From NCBI GenBank assembly GCA_030770535.1, contig JASVEC010000012.1, forward strand, positions 992,001-1,056,000: 64,000 nt of DNA, written 5' to 3'. Within the stretch, counting starts at the first letter, position 1. The number at the start of each line of letters is the position of its first letter. The position numbers were made by a program, and so were the translations under genes. The DNA comes from Batkoa obscura (Eukaryota). This document shows, in pieces, positions 27,311 through 43,700 of the stretch. The notes below the pieces were generated by a model. The model was not told where the DNA came from, did no database searches, and worked only from the letters and a program-made list of their open reading frames with translations.

Positions 27311-28388
27311 CTAAACCTCATCATCATCGTCATCTACTAACATAGGTCCACCACCTGTTTGATTTAAATGAGAATAACCATTAGAATTTTGATTTCTATT
27401 AAATAATTTTTTAAATGTATCAATTATTTTGACTAATATTATGATACTCATATCCTAATAAAATATTAATATAGATATAATTAAACCATTGTTTTTTATA
27501 ATTGTTACCTTAACAAAATCATAAATATTGTACCAAAACTCATAATTAGGTATCTGTTGTAACCCTTGTTTTTTCATTACAAATCGATTATATAATATTC
27601 CACCCAGAAGATAAACCGTAACAATGACTGTAATTATAGTCCAAACAACGGAGGCACCGCCACTAGTATTATTATTGTTATTATCAGGTGTTTTTTGGCC
27701 ATCCTTGTTAAGTGGGCAAGCGTGTATACTTTTAATTTCAAACTGATACTGGCATTTTAAATAATCGCCTAAAAACTCAACAACTGGCTAACAAAATCAA
27801 TATATTTAAATAATAAAACAATTGTTTATATTACCTCATCCTTGGCATTAGCATCACAAGTAAAAATAAGTTTACTATTGATACGATTGACATCAATATC
27901 TTCGCAATTATCCCCATTTTTATATTCCAAAATTACATGGCCACCTTTTTTATACAATTTTTTGTCTACTTTTCTATTTAAATTAAATAAGGATAAAAAA
28001 AACCAAAGTTAAAAGTAAAAAATAGTAACTACCCTAAAGAAATCGATTTACCATCTTTTTCAGGCAATAAAATAGCACCAACAGTATCAGGTTCCATTAA
28101 ACCAGATTTAGCGTAATTGATATTGTTACATATATTTATTTTAAAACTCATCTCTTTTTCTTCATGATCTGGGTCCGCCTCTACTTTCAAAGTGTAATCA
28201 CTAGCTCAGTTAATTAATAATGTTCATTTTCTAAATCCTATTTAAAATTACTCTTTCTTCTTAATCAGCTTTGTTAGATCGTAAACCACCTTTCCGTCCT
28301 TATCTTTTATTTGACATTCATCGCTGTCCTTGGAATTGATATATAGAATATTGAATAGCAATAGTAATATGTAATTGATAATTTTCAT
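27311..28388 (-). CDS. Mannose-6-phosphate receptor domain membrane protein (MRL1/CD-MPR-like)
   Basis: Signal peptide, YDLTKL, INIC, NGDNC, FTCD, CQYQFEIKSIHAC, TM then YLLGGILYNRFV..GLQQIPNYEFW, acidic tail. Confidence 0.82.
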
Positions 28389-29309
28389 TTTTGATAAAAA
28401 AGCAAGTAGTTTAATTTTTTCAAAAAGAGTTGTTATAGTTTGGAATAAATTGAACTAATCATTCAACTTGTTTATCCATTTTTATTGGCTTTGATCTCAA
28501 TTTTTTCTAAAATTTCCCATCTCACTTACGCTTTTATGATGTGGCAGTTTTGGTTTGATGCCAAGCTTGGTTTTGGAACTAGAATAGACAAGAATTAGTT
28601 TTATAAGTTTTTAGGTAGTATTAATGTTATATGAATATTAAATGCTATTCATTGCTAAAGAACAATATAGTATAATGTTAATAAATACAATGTCATTTAT
28701 AATAATGTAGGACTATTACTTTAGGTTGTGGCTATACCACTTTTAGTAGGTTTATTTTAAAGAGCAGGTATAATAAATATAAAATTGGAGTTATAAAATT
28801 TTAAACGTGATATATTAAACATTAAAAGTTTTGTGTTTTCTTTTGCAAATTTAACAAAATCTTTTATCATTTTAAACTATGTAAAATAAACGCACACAAT
28901 ATACAGAGTTTTATAATAGAATGGTTAAAAAATTAAAATGCCAATATTTAAATGTTAGCATTACAATACTATTAATTAAAAGGCTAATCTTGTTTTTCAT
29001 AATAGCATTAATATATTTATTTACGCTTAATACTATTAGTTACTTTATTTGATATTAAAAACTAACAATATTGAGGAAGCTTATTTGATACTGTTTAACC
29101 ATAAAAATTTCCATTTTCTGTAAAACTTTCAAAAGTCGATTAGCTCTCATTTATGACTAAAAAATCATATTTACATACATTTATCCAGTGGTATTCTATT
29201 ATTTAACAGTCCCCAACCTCAAAAGTATAGTGTGAACGATAGTTAAGAGCTGCAAAGTATATTGACCCCTTTATTTTTTCAATTAGCTTTAAAGTGAGTT
29301 TGAAATTTG

Positions 29310-30640
29310 AATTTTTATCAATATCCTTTTGGTAGGAGTATTTTAATATTTGGACCCGATCGAGTTATTTGATTTATGTTTTTTACAAATGGTTTTTTCA
29401 ATTAATAACCCAAGTCATAAGAAAGCACTCAACGCATCCAGTTTATAACTTTCGGAAATGTAGACATTATCAATAAAGCTTTATTAAGAAATATGTATCG
29501 TCGATGAAGCACATGGGTTTAAATCACCAAACTATTGACTATATAAATCTCTGTTCAAATTTAATATCTATTTATCATAAAGATACATCTAATAACTATT
29601 ATATTACCATTAATGATAATAATATTAATAATGATAGTCATTTTAAAATAAAAATGAAATTGCTAAAGTTAAGGAAAATAGTTGTATTCACTTTTCATCA
29701 TCTAGGCGATTTGAAGATGTTCAAAGATCATCTAAATCAACTTGGAATAGTAGATATTATTATTTATGGTTGAAATATTAAAGATATTATTAGGGATTTG
29801 AACTCCAATAAATTAAAGCTGTTTAGGATACATTCATATTATACTTTAAATATTGATGGATTGTATATTATTAAAGCAACATTTATTAAGTTGAAGGTGC
29901 TGGATTTGCTATTGGATGACTCTACCATATCTTTTAGTGAGATTAGCTTTATCATAAACTTCTGCTTTAGTTTAAAAATCAAAGTTGAAGGGAAAATAAC
30001 ATTAATATTAGATGCTTTGATGATTTAAAACAATCAAAGAGTATTAGATTTTTAGGCGGATGAACTCATATTTCTATATTAATAGAACCGAATATAGTGG
30101 TATAGTATTGGTTAAACATGACAACGCTACTAGTTCAGATTCCTTTAACCCGTATTATGTAATTAATAATGATTTTCGAATTTTAGACCTTGTAAGGATT
30201 TTATGTCTGTGATTTAACAATGTCCTTGTTAAATTTATTTTCTATTATCATCTATACAAATTATCTATCTTACAAATTAGTACTATAATATCAAAAAATG
30301 TTGATAGGTCTTAACATAAATATTAGCAACCCCTTTAAAGATGACTTTAATCTATCTAATTATATGGCTTTAAAATAAATCAAACTTGGTTCTTATTGAC
30401 CTATTTTTGAGGAATTTTTTTGTCCCTTAGCTTTCTTTCTAAACCTTAAAATGTTTGAAGTTGAAAGACTCAATTTACGGATACAATACAAAAATCAATC
30501 TATACTTACTACCACATTTACTTTTGATATGCATCAACCTTTTTGTATTAAGTTAGAAGATAGCCCAATGTTTAACTTGTATGAGATTATAATAGGCTAT
30601 TTCAACTATTATTTAAGGTTTAATTTATATACTTTCTAGT
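29310..30640 (+). pseudogene. Heavily decayed gene, possibly F-box/LRR-like
   Basis: Fragment YLDPIELFDLCF followed by several short co-oriented Leu/Ile-rich ORF pieces broken by stops. Confidence 0.3.
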
Positions 30641-30785
30641 ATATTACACTAGTCAATGTTTTCTAATACTATATTTTATAAGTTAGACAACCATAAAAAT
30701 GAATCCGTATATTTAAAATATCACTATGATAAGAAAATAAGTAACAAAATGAATTAATTTTATTAGAATATATAATAAAGATAAA

Positions 30786-31544
30786 CTAGTAATTAAGGAC
30801 TAAAACACACTTCAAGAAACTTTTAAAATCTTTGGATTTTTTGAGCTCTATCTTTTCAGTATGAATATCCTTGTCTACAACTTCAGCCTTAGCAATTTTT
30901 GCTGCTTTACCTACAGTAGCCTAATTAGATATTCCATTATATTTGGCCAAATAATTTACAAAATTTTGTTCTTAAATTCTGCCTGTCTCTATTTCTTCAT
31001 CATTAGATGAAGTAACATCATTTTTAGTAACGACTGAAGTACTCTATAGGGAACCGCCAATAACCTATTTATCCTCTGAAAGTAAAGAAATAAAAAAGCC
31101 ATTAGGAACATAAATCATACCAAAATGAGCAAGGATAGTAAGAAAGATAAACACATCAGATCCTTGATCGCCATGTTGAGTTTAAGTAGAACTAAAGATA
31201 CCTCGGAATTTACCATCCAAAGCACCGCTCATCCATGATTGACCACATGAATCAATAAAATCTTTAACTCTAGCTGGAATGGTGCCAAAATGAGTTGGGA
31301 AGCCAAATAGAATACCATCGGCTTCTTTGAGTAAATCTGGAATGACAATTGGTATATCTGGTTTTACTAGAGCTTCTATTTTACCCAACACTTCTTCAAG
31401 TAAAGTTTCAGGGATTCGATAAAGGGTTACTTCAACTTTTCTTTCTTTATCTGCTCCTTTTTTAATAGCTTTTGTAAGCTTATAAATGTGAGAGTAAGTT
31501 AAATAACATACAATGAAAAGTTTTGGTTTATTAAGAGCGACTAT
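30786..31544 (-). pseudogene. Flavodoxin-like NAD(P)H:quinone oxidoreductase (WrbA/PST2/YCP4 family) pseudogene
   Basis: TYSHIYKL, IPETL, EADGILFGFPTHFG, GALDGK, TQHGDQ, HFGMIYVP, GGSL*; start codon reads ATA; five in-frame stops. Confidence 0.88.
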
Positions 31545-32249
31545 TTTTTAGTTTACTGTTTTGTTCTTTCATTCTGTAGTTTATAAGGTTTGATTTTGCG
31601 TTCATTCTAGCGTTGTTTAATCTCTTCATATAACTTTTAATTACATTTGTTTTATAATTTTATACCCATTTTGATTATTAATTTGGCATTGACATTTAAA
31701 ATTTATTGAGTATAATTATCTGGCTCTGAATTCACTTATAAATTGATGACAAATCGACTAATAAAAGTCACTTTTTATTGAATGTAGATTGAATTTGTTG
31801 AGTGTAGAATTGTACTCAAAGTTAATAATAAGCTAATTTAAGAGAACTGGGTTAGTAACAACAATTTTTAAAATTAAATAGTTTATTTGGTCAGTATTTT
31901 TAAAGCCCAATCCTTAGATTTTAGCTAGAATTAAGCTAAATATTCACTCTCAAATCAACAGTTAAGTAAGTCGCAATTCTCTTAAATTAGCTGTAAAGAT
32001 TCAATAGAACTAATAGAAATTATAACAGTATATTTGAAATTTGTGCTAAAGGATTCAATACTAATAATAAAAGCTATTAATTGAATGAAGATATTATAAA
32101 TTGATTTTGTCACCATACTGTTTTTAAAATGGTATTATTACCTTACTTTAAAATAAATCATTGGTATCATCAAATTTATTTTTTGTACTACAAAAACAAT
32201 ACTATCAGTTTGCAGAGATAAATATTTATTGTAAAGCTAAAGTACATAT

Positions 32250-32348
32250 GAGGATGTATTTTTATGTTTAAGAATTTTATTAACAATTTTTCCACTCAAA
32301 TAGCGCTTAAAAGATGGAAAAAATGATGAAGCCAAAAAAAACACCCCT
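32250..32348 (+). mobile_element. ~99-bp MITE copy E
   Basis: ATAT|GAGGATG..CACCCCT|ATAT. Confidence 0.92.
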
Positions 32349-32534
32349 ATATAATTCATCAAAAAATTGAAATGTATACAATTTTTTAATCTCTTAATGT
32401 ATATGATTTTTTTTAAATCTATAGGAATCCTATGTAAATAAAGTTTTAAAATTAATTAAAAAAACGACAATTTAAAATAAGAAGATTAAATTTTTTTTAA
32501 TAAATTCATTTGTTTTTTATTTCGTTTTATACAA

Positions 32535-33981
<1,447 letters not shown>

Positions 33982-34445
33982 ATTTTTTATCCTGTAATAC
34001 TGAAATTTTAACTTAATCTCTTTATATATAATTCATTATTACAGTGCGAGTTAATTGATTGGTAATACAAACCTGATTATCGTGTTCTTAAATAGTTTAC
34101 ATTGTTTTTTCATAGTTATATATTTTGATTTATAATATATTGCTAATTTGTGAAACTATTCCACTTATTATTAAGCAGAATGTAATAATTATCTTTAGCT
34201 ATTAAGGGGATCAATATGTTAGCAAAGTTATTTTTATTCCTCTTATATCAATAATGAACTATCTCGTTACCTTTCGAAATTGATTTTTCAATTGTTGTTT
34301 TAACATATAGATATTATCATAGAAATACGTTTTAAAATAATTTATATACTTCATGATTTTAAAATAACTATCTAAAAATATTTCAATTGTTCGAATATAA
34401 CACCCGTTAATTACTACCATAAATAATAGTAATCCATGAATGAAT

Positions 34446-34643
34446 GGGGTGTTTTTTTCGACTTCATTACTTTTTCGATCTTTCAAGCGCTATTTGGTGA
34501 TGTATTTTTTTGTTTAAGAATTTTACTAACAACCTTCCTGCTCAAATAGTGCTTAAAAAATAGAAAAAATAATGAAGCCAAAAAAAACACTCCCATTTGA
34601 GCGGAAAAACTGTTAGTAAGATTCTTAAATACAAAACAGCCCC
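34446..34643 (-). mobile_element. MITE copy F, split by nested copy G
   Basis: Halves 34446-34495 and 34599-34643 rejoin to the consensus AAGCGCTATTTGAGCGGAAA. Confidence 0.88.
34496..34594 (+). mobile_element. ~99-bp MITE copy G, nested in copy F
   Basis: ATTT|GGTGATG..CACTCCC|ATTT. Confidence 0.92.
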
Positions 34644-35600
34644 AATATAGTTTTAGCATTTTTTAAAAAAATAATAATTAAATTTATCAAATTGTGATTA
34701 CATAACAAGCATTGATTGCGCTTTTATATATTCAAATGCCTTATTAATATTCTACAAATGATAAATGATATATCGTTAATTAAATATTAGTTTAATACTT
34801 TAGTAATATCTTAGTTATTTGTAAATTATTTAGATTAGAAACAAAATGCTGTTCTTTTTGATTAAATGTAAAACTATATAGGATGATGTATCAATGAATT
34901 TTATTTATATGACACCAAGTAATTATAGACTTATCTCTGCCAAACGGCATAGCTTTATGACCATCCTTTACTATATATACTCCTCCTATATACACCATCA
35001 TTTTTTTCAGAAAAAAAACTGAAATTTGGATGTTGAGAAAAATGATAAAGAATTTGAATATAAAGGCAATAAGTTTTATACTAATAACATGTTAAATTAA
35101 CTTATACTTATGATTAAATATCAACCTTTTATCTATAAAGTGTTTTTATTAAAATTGTATTAATTGTAGTTTGTAATAGTTAGTTATAGCATTATAGTAT
35201 TAATCTATATTCTAATGGAAGTGGGTGCGGAATTAAACTGTGCTAATATTTATGTAGTTGTGTTTCTTAGTCTTTACTTGATAGTTGCTATCAAGTAATT
35301 AAAGAGCAAAGCATAAATAAAGCATAACGCCAAAATAAAAATAAAAATAAAAATAAAAAAATAAAAATAAAAAAATAAAAAAATAAAAATAAAAGAGCAT
35401 TTTAGATAATTCTATCTTGGCTATGTATAAAATGTTGCTCCATAACAAACTCTTTAGGCCATGAACTCATATTTCAAAATTATAGGTAAGTTATACACAA
35501 TACAAAAATTTAGATGTTTATGGTTAAAGGCTGCTAAAATAGTTGGTATTGGCACCAACTGCTACTTTAACCTTCTTGTTTGATTATTTAAGTTATATAC

Positions 35601-35697
35601 GGGGATTTATTTTTGTTTAAGAATTTTACTAATAGCCTTTCCACTCAAATAACGCCTAAAAAATGGAAAAAGTGATGAAACCAAAAAAAATACCCCC
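35601..35697 (+). mobile_element. ~99-bp MITE copy H
   Basis: GGGGAT..TACCCCC ends; flanks ATAC/ATAA (one mismatch). Confidence 0.88.
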
Positions 35698-36061
35698 ATA
35701 ATTTATTATTTTCGTATGTAGCCTTTTTTGCTGTACAAAAGTAACATCTCTGATTGCGATAATCAATGTGTACACTGTAAGCTAAAAATTAAGACTAATA
35801 AATTAAATTAAAGAAAATCCATAAATCAATGTGATTATTTAGCACTGAAAATTCATTACAGTGACTGTCTTTATGATAATATACTATAAGTTTATAGAAT
35901 ACAACGATTGTTCTTCAAATTACACTAATTTTATAAATAAATCAATTTTCGGCATGTAAATTCAGAAATTAATTAGCCAATAAAATTCAACTCTAAAATC
36001 GACCCATATATAATATGAGGATAAAAGTTGAATTAAAATTAAATAGCCATCTATTTTAAAA

Positions 36062-37291
36062 ATGAGTATAATTAAGGAGGTAACTTGCACTGCACCAGTT
36101 AATATTGCCGTAGTTAAGTATTGGGGAAAAAGAGATGAAAAATTAATTTTACCAACCAATTCTTCATTATCATGCACTTTGTCTCAAGACCAACTTCAAA
36201 CCAAAACTTCAATTTCGGCAAGTTCAACTTTTACTGAAGATAAATTATGGTTGAACGGTAAAGAAGAAGACACTAAAAATTCGGCCCGTTTACAAAATTG
36301 CTTAAAAGAAACTCGTCGTTTAAGAAAAGAATATGAAGAATCTTTAACCTCAAAAGGCGAACAAGTTGAACAACTTTCAAACCTAAAAATTCATGCTGCT
36401 TCTGTTAATAACTTTCCAACAGCAGCTGGTTTGGCTTCTTCTGCATCAGGGTATGCTTGTTTTGTTTACTCACTTTGTAAATTATTCGAGATTCCTATTA
36501 CAGTATCCGAAATGTCTCGTATTGCTAGAGTTGGCTCAGGCTCTGCTTGTCGTTCCCTTTTTGGTGGATTTGTAGCGTGGGAAATGGGTGTCAAAGAAGA
36601 TGGCTCAGATTCTCAAGCAGTACAAATAGCCCCAGAAACCCATTGGCCAGAGTTGGAAGCTTTAATTGTGGTCGTTTCTGATGCAAAAAAAGCCACGAGT
36701 AGTACTACTGGAATGCAAACCACAGTTAAAACATCTGAATTATTAAAATATCGTATTGAGAATGTGGTACCTAAACATATGGATCAAATTTCTAAAGCTA
36801 TTCTCGATAAAGATTTTGAAACCTTTGCTACAATTACTATGAAAGATTCCAATCAATTCCATGCCGTTTGTTTAGATACTTATCCACCAATTTGTTATCT
36901 TAATGATGTATCTAAAGCCATTATTAATTTAATAACAGCTTATAATCAAGGAGAAGGAGGAATAAAGGCAGCTTATACTTATGACGCTGGGCCAAACGCA
37001 GTAATTTATGCACCTCGTTCACAAATGAAAGAATTAGTACATATGATATCTTATTATTTCCCATCATCTAGCCCTGATACTTATTTTCCAGACTCATTAA
37101 ATGTTCTTGGTGGTAAAAAAGTGGACCAAGTAAAATTAGAGGATTTACCAAGTGAAGTACAAAAAATTATTCCAGTTTACCCAGTTGGGTCAGTTACCAG
37201 ATTGATTCATACCTCCCTTGGAGATGGGCCTCGTATTCTAGATAACGCCGAATCACTTTTGGATAGCCAAGGCTTACCAAAAGGTTTATAA
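36062..37291 (+). CDS. MVD1: Diphosphomevalonate decarboxylase
   Basis: APVNIAVVKYWGKRDE, NNFPTAAGLASSASG, GSGSACRSLFGG, YTYDAGPNAV; intronless. Confidence 0.97.
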   Translation: MSIIKEVTCTAPVNIAVVKYWGKRDEKLILPTNSSLSCTLSQDQLQTKTSISASSTFTEDKLWLNGKEEDTKNSARLQNCLKETRRLRKEYEESLTSKGEQVEQLSNLKIHAASVNNFPTAAGLASSASGYACFVYSLCKLFEIPITVSEMSRIARVGSGSACRSLFGGFVAWEMGVKEDGSDSQAVQIAPETHWPELEALIVVVSDAKKATSSTTGMQTTVKTSELLKYRIENVVPKHMDQISKAILDKDFETFATITMKDSNQFHAVCLDTYPPICYLNDVSKAIINLITAYNQGEGGIKAAYTYDAGPNAVIYAPRSQMKELVHMISYYFPSSSPDTYFPDSLNVLGGKKVDQVKLEDLPSEVQKIIPVYPVGSVTRLIHTSLGDGPRILDNAESLLDSQGLPKGL

Positions 37292-37798
37292 GCTATAAAA
37301 GTAAAATTTAATATAACTAATATTTTGTATATCTTCATAATAACTGTGTCAATTTTTATTTTTTTCCAAAACTTTTTTTAAAATTTTGAAACTTAATGGT
37401 CAAATGGAACAGGTTGAATTTTAAAATTGAAAATTCCTCAAACTTTTTGAGTTAAGGAAAGGCTAAGTTGAACAATTAGAATAGTTGAAAGCCTTTAAGT
37501 ATTAAGCATAATATAATAGAGAAGGCTAATATAAAAAATTTACGAAGTATTAAATCCCTAAGTTTAAGCTGCACTTATTGTATTTTTATTATAGCACATG
37601 TTCTATTTTTTAATCCCATAAGCACCTTTAAATAGTAAAAAATGTGCTGAACTTTGCTCCATATTTTTAATCACCTTTTTCAGCTAAAATTCACCTATGA
37701 AATTCGCCCTTTTTTGATAATATGTAAGCAATATAATTGGACCCATAAACAAAAATGAATAAGGAGCACCAATTATTGTTTTTTCTTTCAATACAAAA

Positions 37799-39183
37799 AT
37801 GAAAAGAAAGGCAGTTAGTATAAAACGAAATAAGACAGGACCCAAACCAATAATTCGAGAGAACGAGCTTGATGTGATATTGAATGACCTTGAAAAGGGA
37901 GATAGACCGGCTTATGATGGGAGAGCTAATTGTTCATCTTATAAAAAATCGTATAGGAGAAATATGGTAGTTACCAATAGTGCTAATCAAAATCCACCTC
38001 CCATTTCTTCCAGAACACATATCTTTTTTAGTAATTTTGCTTTAAAGAGGGAATCTATTATGCGAGACTGCTATGAGCTATTACTTGATTTCTCTGAAAA
38101 GGTAAATTAAATTGCTCAACAAAAGATAACGACTAACTTTTCATTTAGAAACCGTTTGATTTCAAGTCGTTTAAATCTATTTGGTTTTCAAAGAAATTTT
38201 CATACATTCATTTTTCTTGTCCGGAAAGAATTCATAGAGAGCCCTTTATAACTACCCTCTATCAAACTTTTTTATCTTTTTTATATGAAAATACTGTATA
38301 TAGATTTCCAAGCTACAAAGAGGTTGTTGGCCCCTTAAAAGACCATGTCGAACCCAAAGAAGAGAAATTTGGACCAGTAGCTTTAAAACTAGGGATAGTT
38401 TTTGCTTTGTATTTGGTCTATTCGACTAACCCATCTTGTTTCCCAACTGCCTATATCCAAGTAGATCCTAAACAATGGGAGGTAATATTAGGACTATATA
38501 AGTTCTTTTATGATGAAAATCAAAAAGGTATTCATAGGCATAATAAAGATGAAGGTGTTTATGCTCTTGGTAAACTTATTGAAAAGAAGGCATTTGTACT
38601 CTCAGCCTATATAGATCATGTCCCATATTATTATCAGTACCATAACTTTTTAAAGGATGAATCTAATAAGTTTTTAAAGGAAGAAGATGCCAGCCCAGCT
38701 GATGCATTAGAATCTCAAACTATTGAATCAGATTATATTGACAAAAAATTAACTGCAATCGAAAAAGATGTTTATTCACGTCCACTTGGTGGAATGGAAA
38801 ATTTTGGTATAACTGAAGATATAAAACAAACAGAGCAAGCATATGAGTTGAACAAAGCGTTTGGGGGATTTATAAATAGTGAAGCAGATTTTGCCTTAGA
38901 TCAAGCAAAATCAAAAGATGGTGATATTATTGATTATAGGGATTGGTTAGCAGATAAAAAGAATGATATGGACAAGTGCAATGTTGTAGGCTATTTAAAT
39001 CACCTTACTACCATTTACGAGTCTTACAAAACTAAATTTATCCCAGAAAATTTGTTCTCTGAGCCTGATTTAAGGACTTCAACTTCATCTACAGAAGATT
39101 CTGCTCCTGTCACAACCCCTATTACAGCTTTTGATACACTCCCAGGCCCACCTGGGGCTTCTTCAAATACATCATCCCCCTAA
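37799..39183 (+). CDS. SNAPc subunit 1 (SNAP43/SNAPC1)-like protein, one intron (about 38102-38148)
   Basis: DCYELLLDF..FKSFKSIW..FSYIH, LGIVFALYLVYSTNP, IQV..W, KLIEKKAF follow the SNAP43 N-terminal pattern (by eye). Confidence 0.6.
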
Positions 39184-39471
39184 ATCCTTTTTTAAAATAT
39201 CCTGGAATATCACAATTTCGATTAAATTTATTAACAATCCATTATAAAAATAGTCTTAATGATATTATTTCTGTACTCTAACTGTTTATTAACGCTTTCA
39301 GTTATCATTTAAATATATATATTGATATAATACAGTTCAAAATATTCAACATTTTAGATATTAAACTTAACTTGTTATAACTTAAAAGAAGCATAGATAA
39401 TAGTTTAATATATAAAAGATATAAAATGAAAACGAATAAAAAGTATAATTAAATTTAGAACAAATTATAAT

Positions 39472-40550
<1,079 letters not shown>

Positions 40551-40744
40551 TTTATTTTATAAGAATGTTTATTATGTCAAGTTATTAAATTTTTTCATAG
40601 ACATGAAATCAAAGTGATAACTTGATTCATCCCAATTTTTGCAATTAGTTTCATTTAAAAAATTACGATAACAAGTATTCATATAAAGGAACGTTTATAC
40701 TATTAGAAATAACTAATTTAAAAAACAAAATTTATTTAATGAGA

Positions 40745-43700
40745 TTATTCTGTTTTATTTAAACGCTTCGACTCCTTAAGTTTCTCCAACGCACTTTTAA
40801 GTCTTTGAGATTTAACTTTAGGCTTTATTTCACCTTTTGAGTCGCTAATACTCTTACCTACAACTTTAAAATAATCTGTAATCTTGGTAGCCTTTGCCTT
40901 TTCTAACTTTTTCTAATAAACAGATTAAATTTTATATTTAAATATGCTTATAAATTACTTGATGTTCAATAACCGGTGCTATAACTTGTTCAGTTTTTTC
41001 ATTATTCCAATTTATTGTTTGGCTTAAAAATCTAAAAGTTTTTAATTATCGTATATTAAATAATAAAAACATAATAAAAGTATAATAAAAATACATTTTT
41101 AACCCTTCCAAATCCGGTGTTCCCCATTGAAAACCCATTTTTGAGTGATCAACTGATGGATTAAGGTAAGCATCAGCCACCAAAGGATCTAAGAAATTTT
41201 CGTTGATATGAATACGTTTAACTAATTTAAACTAAAAAATTGTCAATAAAAGGATAATTTAATAACCCAATACAAACAATTACTAATTTCTTTAAAAAAG
41301 CACATTCGTTATCTTCAAGCTTCACCTTGAACTTATTATCATTCCACCACGTGAAAAAATTATTTAAATTCCCAAACTGAGATAATATTTCAACTGCTGT
41401 AACAGGACCAATTTTATCTAGACCAATAGTATAATCTGATCCTAACAAATAAGCTAATTGAATAAAATCATCTCGATTTAGATTAATATCCTTTTCAATT
41501 TTGTTTAAATCATATCTTAATAAACTATTAGTATTATTAAACATATTTTTGTAAACCGGTGTTCCACCAAATAAAAATACGTCCGAATCCTCAGTTACTA
41601 TACCATCTACTAAACCTAATTTAGACAATTCTGCACATTGTGCTTCTGCTTCACTGGGCGCTTCAATATATGGGATGCCAAATAACGTTAATAGTTGCTA
41701 AAAAACGGTTATAAAACAGTGTATAATTAAAATAAATAAACTTACTTTAATTTCTTCAAATGTATTTAATGTTGGATCATGATTATAGTTTTGTGTTTTA
41801 TACTGATTTTTGCTCATCTCTTTAATTTCTTTCTCTATTTTATCTTGTATCTTTTCTACCCCTTTTTCTTTTACTTGCTTGATAAATTCTTCATTTATTT
41901 CATTTATTTGTTCTTTATTTTGATATTTATCAAGTGGGGTTTCATTTTTATTTTTATTTTTGGCTTCTAATAATACATTTTTATCCTTAGAGGTATCGTC
42001 TTTATCAAGTATAATACCAATTGTACCATTATTTATAGCTTCAGCTTCTAACTTTTTATTATTATTATCCTTGAATGTATCAACTTTATCATTTTGTTCT
42101 CCAATATTCTCCTTTTGTAATTCGGGTTCATTCAAAGTTTCATTTTGAGTTATATAGTCATCCTTAACATCTTGACTTAATGCGTGTTTGTTTGATTTTA
42201 GTTTTATATCTAACAACTTTTGTGTATCTTCTTGAGGCTTCGTCTCATTACTATGAACCATAGGTTGATTTTCTAATTTCGTAGTTGTAACATCAATCTT
42301 GGTTTTATCTATTATTGTTGCTCCTTTATTACTTTTAACTACACTACTGATTTCGTTTTTGAGATCATTCTTAAAAGGGTCAATAGAATTATCTTCACTT
42401 TTAATAAGAACTTCACTTTCATTTATATTATTTTCATTTTTTGATACTAACTCACTTCTGCTTCTATTGTTTTGCTCATCTGTTAAATCGATTACCGAAT
42501 CCACTTGTATACTTGGTCCTTCCTCTTTTACTAAGTCTATAATATTATCGTGTTTAAGCTCTATAATAATTTTCATTAGTTTTTTAATGACCTAATAAAA
42601 TTTCAACTACCTTTAACATCATTCTCAGAGGGCCTACTGATTTCATCAAATGATATCTCAGAAATACTCTCAAACGAGTCATCTTCATTTATATCATATA
42701 TTTTAATTTTATTTTCTGATAAGCTTTGAAGTTTTTTATATTGGAGTTGACTTTTCTTTAATTTAATAACAGTATCTAAAAACTCTTCATAAATAACAAA
42801 TTGATCGAACTTAGGATTTAATAACTCTTTTTGTAATTCTTTATAGTGTTCAATTTTTTTTTGTAATTTATCTAAATCCCATTTATTAATTGCTTCATAA
42901 TGAAATTGTTTACTATTTTTGATATCTTCATCAATACCATCATTTAAGTACTTTTGCCATTTTTCTAATTCTTTTACTTCCCCTTTTTCATTCTCTCCTC
43001 TATTGTCGTTAGTCGTATCATCTACTGTTATTCTATTTTATTACTAAATTAATAATCAAACTAAATTTATTTATTATTACTCTTCGAAATCGTCTTCAAC
43101 ATCGTCTTCAACATCGTCTTCACTTGATTCTAATATTTTATTCGTATGGTTATTTAATTCACTAAGAAATTATATATTAAAAACAAATAGCTATATGACT
43201 GAATAAACAAACTTTGATAAATTTGATGTATTTAAGTTTTCATTTGAGATATCTTTAAAGTCCATATTATCTTCAATGTAATCCGCTTCGTCTTCTATTT
43301 CTTCGATATCATCGAAAAAGTTAAAGCTAGTATCAAAACTAGTATTGAAACTAGCAGCATCGATAATGTCCTTTTTATCAACTGGTTTCGATTGTTTTGG
43401 TTGTTTTGATGGTTCCGATTTAATAGTAGGAGCATTTGTTTCGCTTGATATTGACCAACCGCCATTTTCTTGCTTAAGTAAACTAAAAGCTTTACCTTTT
43501 TCAGCAGCCACCCTAGCAGTTTTAACATTTGGTAAGTGACGTTCATCCCCGATCCCAACAACATCGAGGTATTTTTGAGTTAATGCATTCCTATTCACTA
43601 GATTCTGTATTTGTAATTGAGAAAAATCAATTGCTTTCGGTGCGTTTCTTTTCATATAATTCATCCTTTTAAGTGACGTTTGTCTACTTCTTAACCTCAG

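Noticed and set aside
30786..31544. Stop-codon reassignment explaining the in-frame stops
   Set aside because: Conserved genes here end normally in TAA, TAG and TGA, and the pseudogene stops replace different residues.
34259..34486. 75-aa minus-strand ORF
   Set aside because: Starts inside MITE copy F at a non-ATG codon; no recognisable motif.
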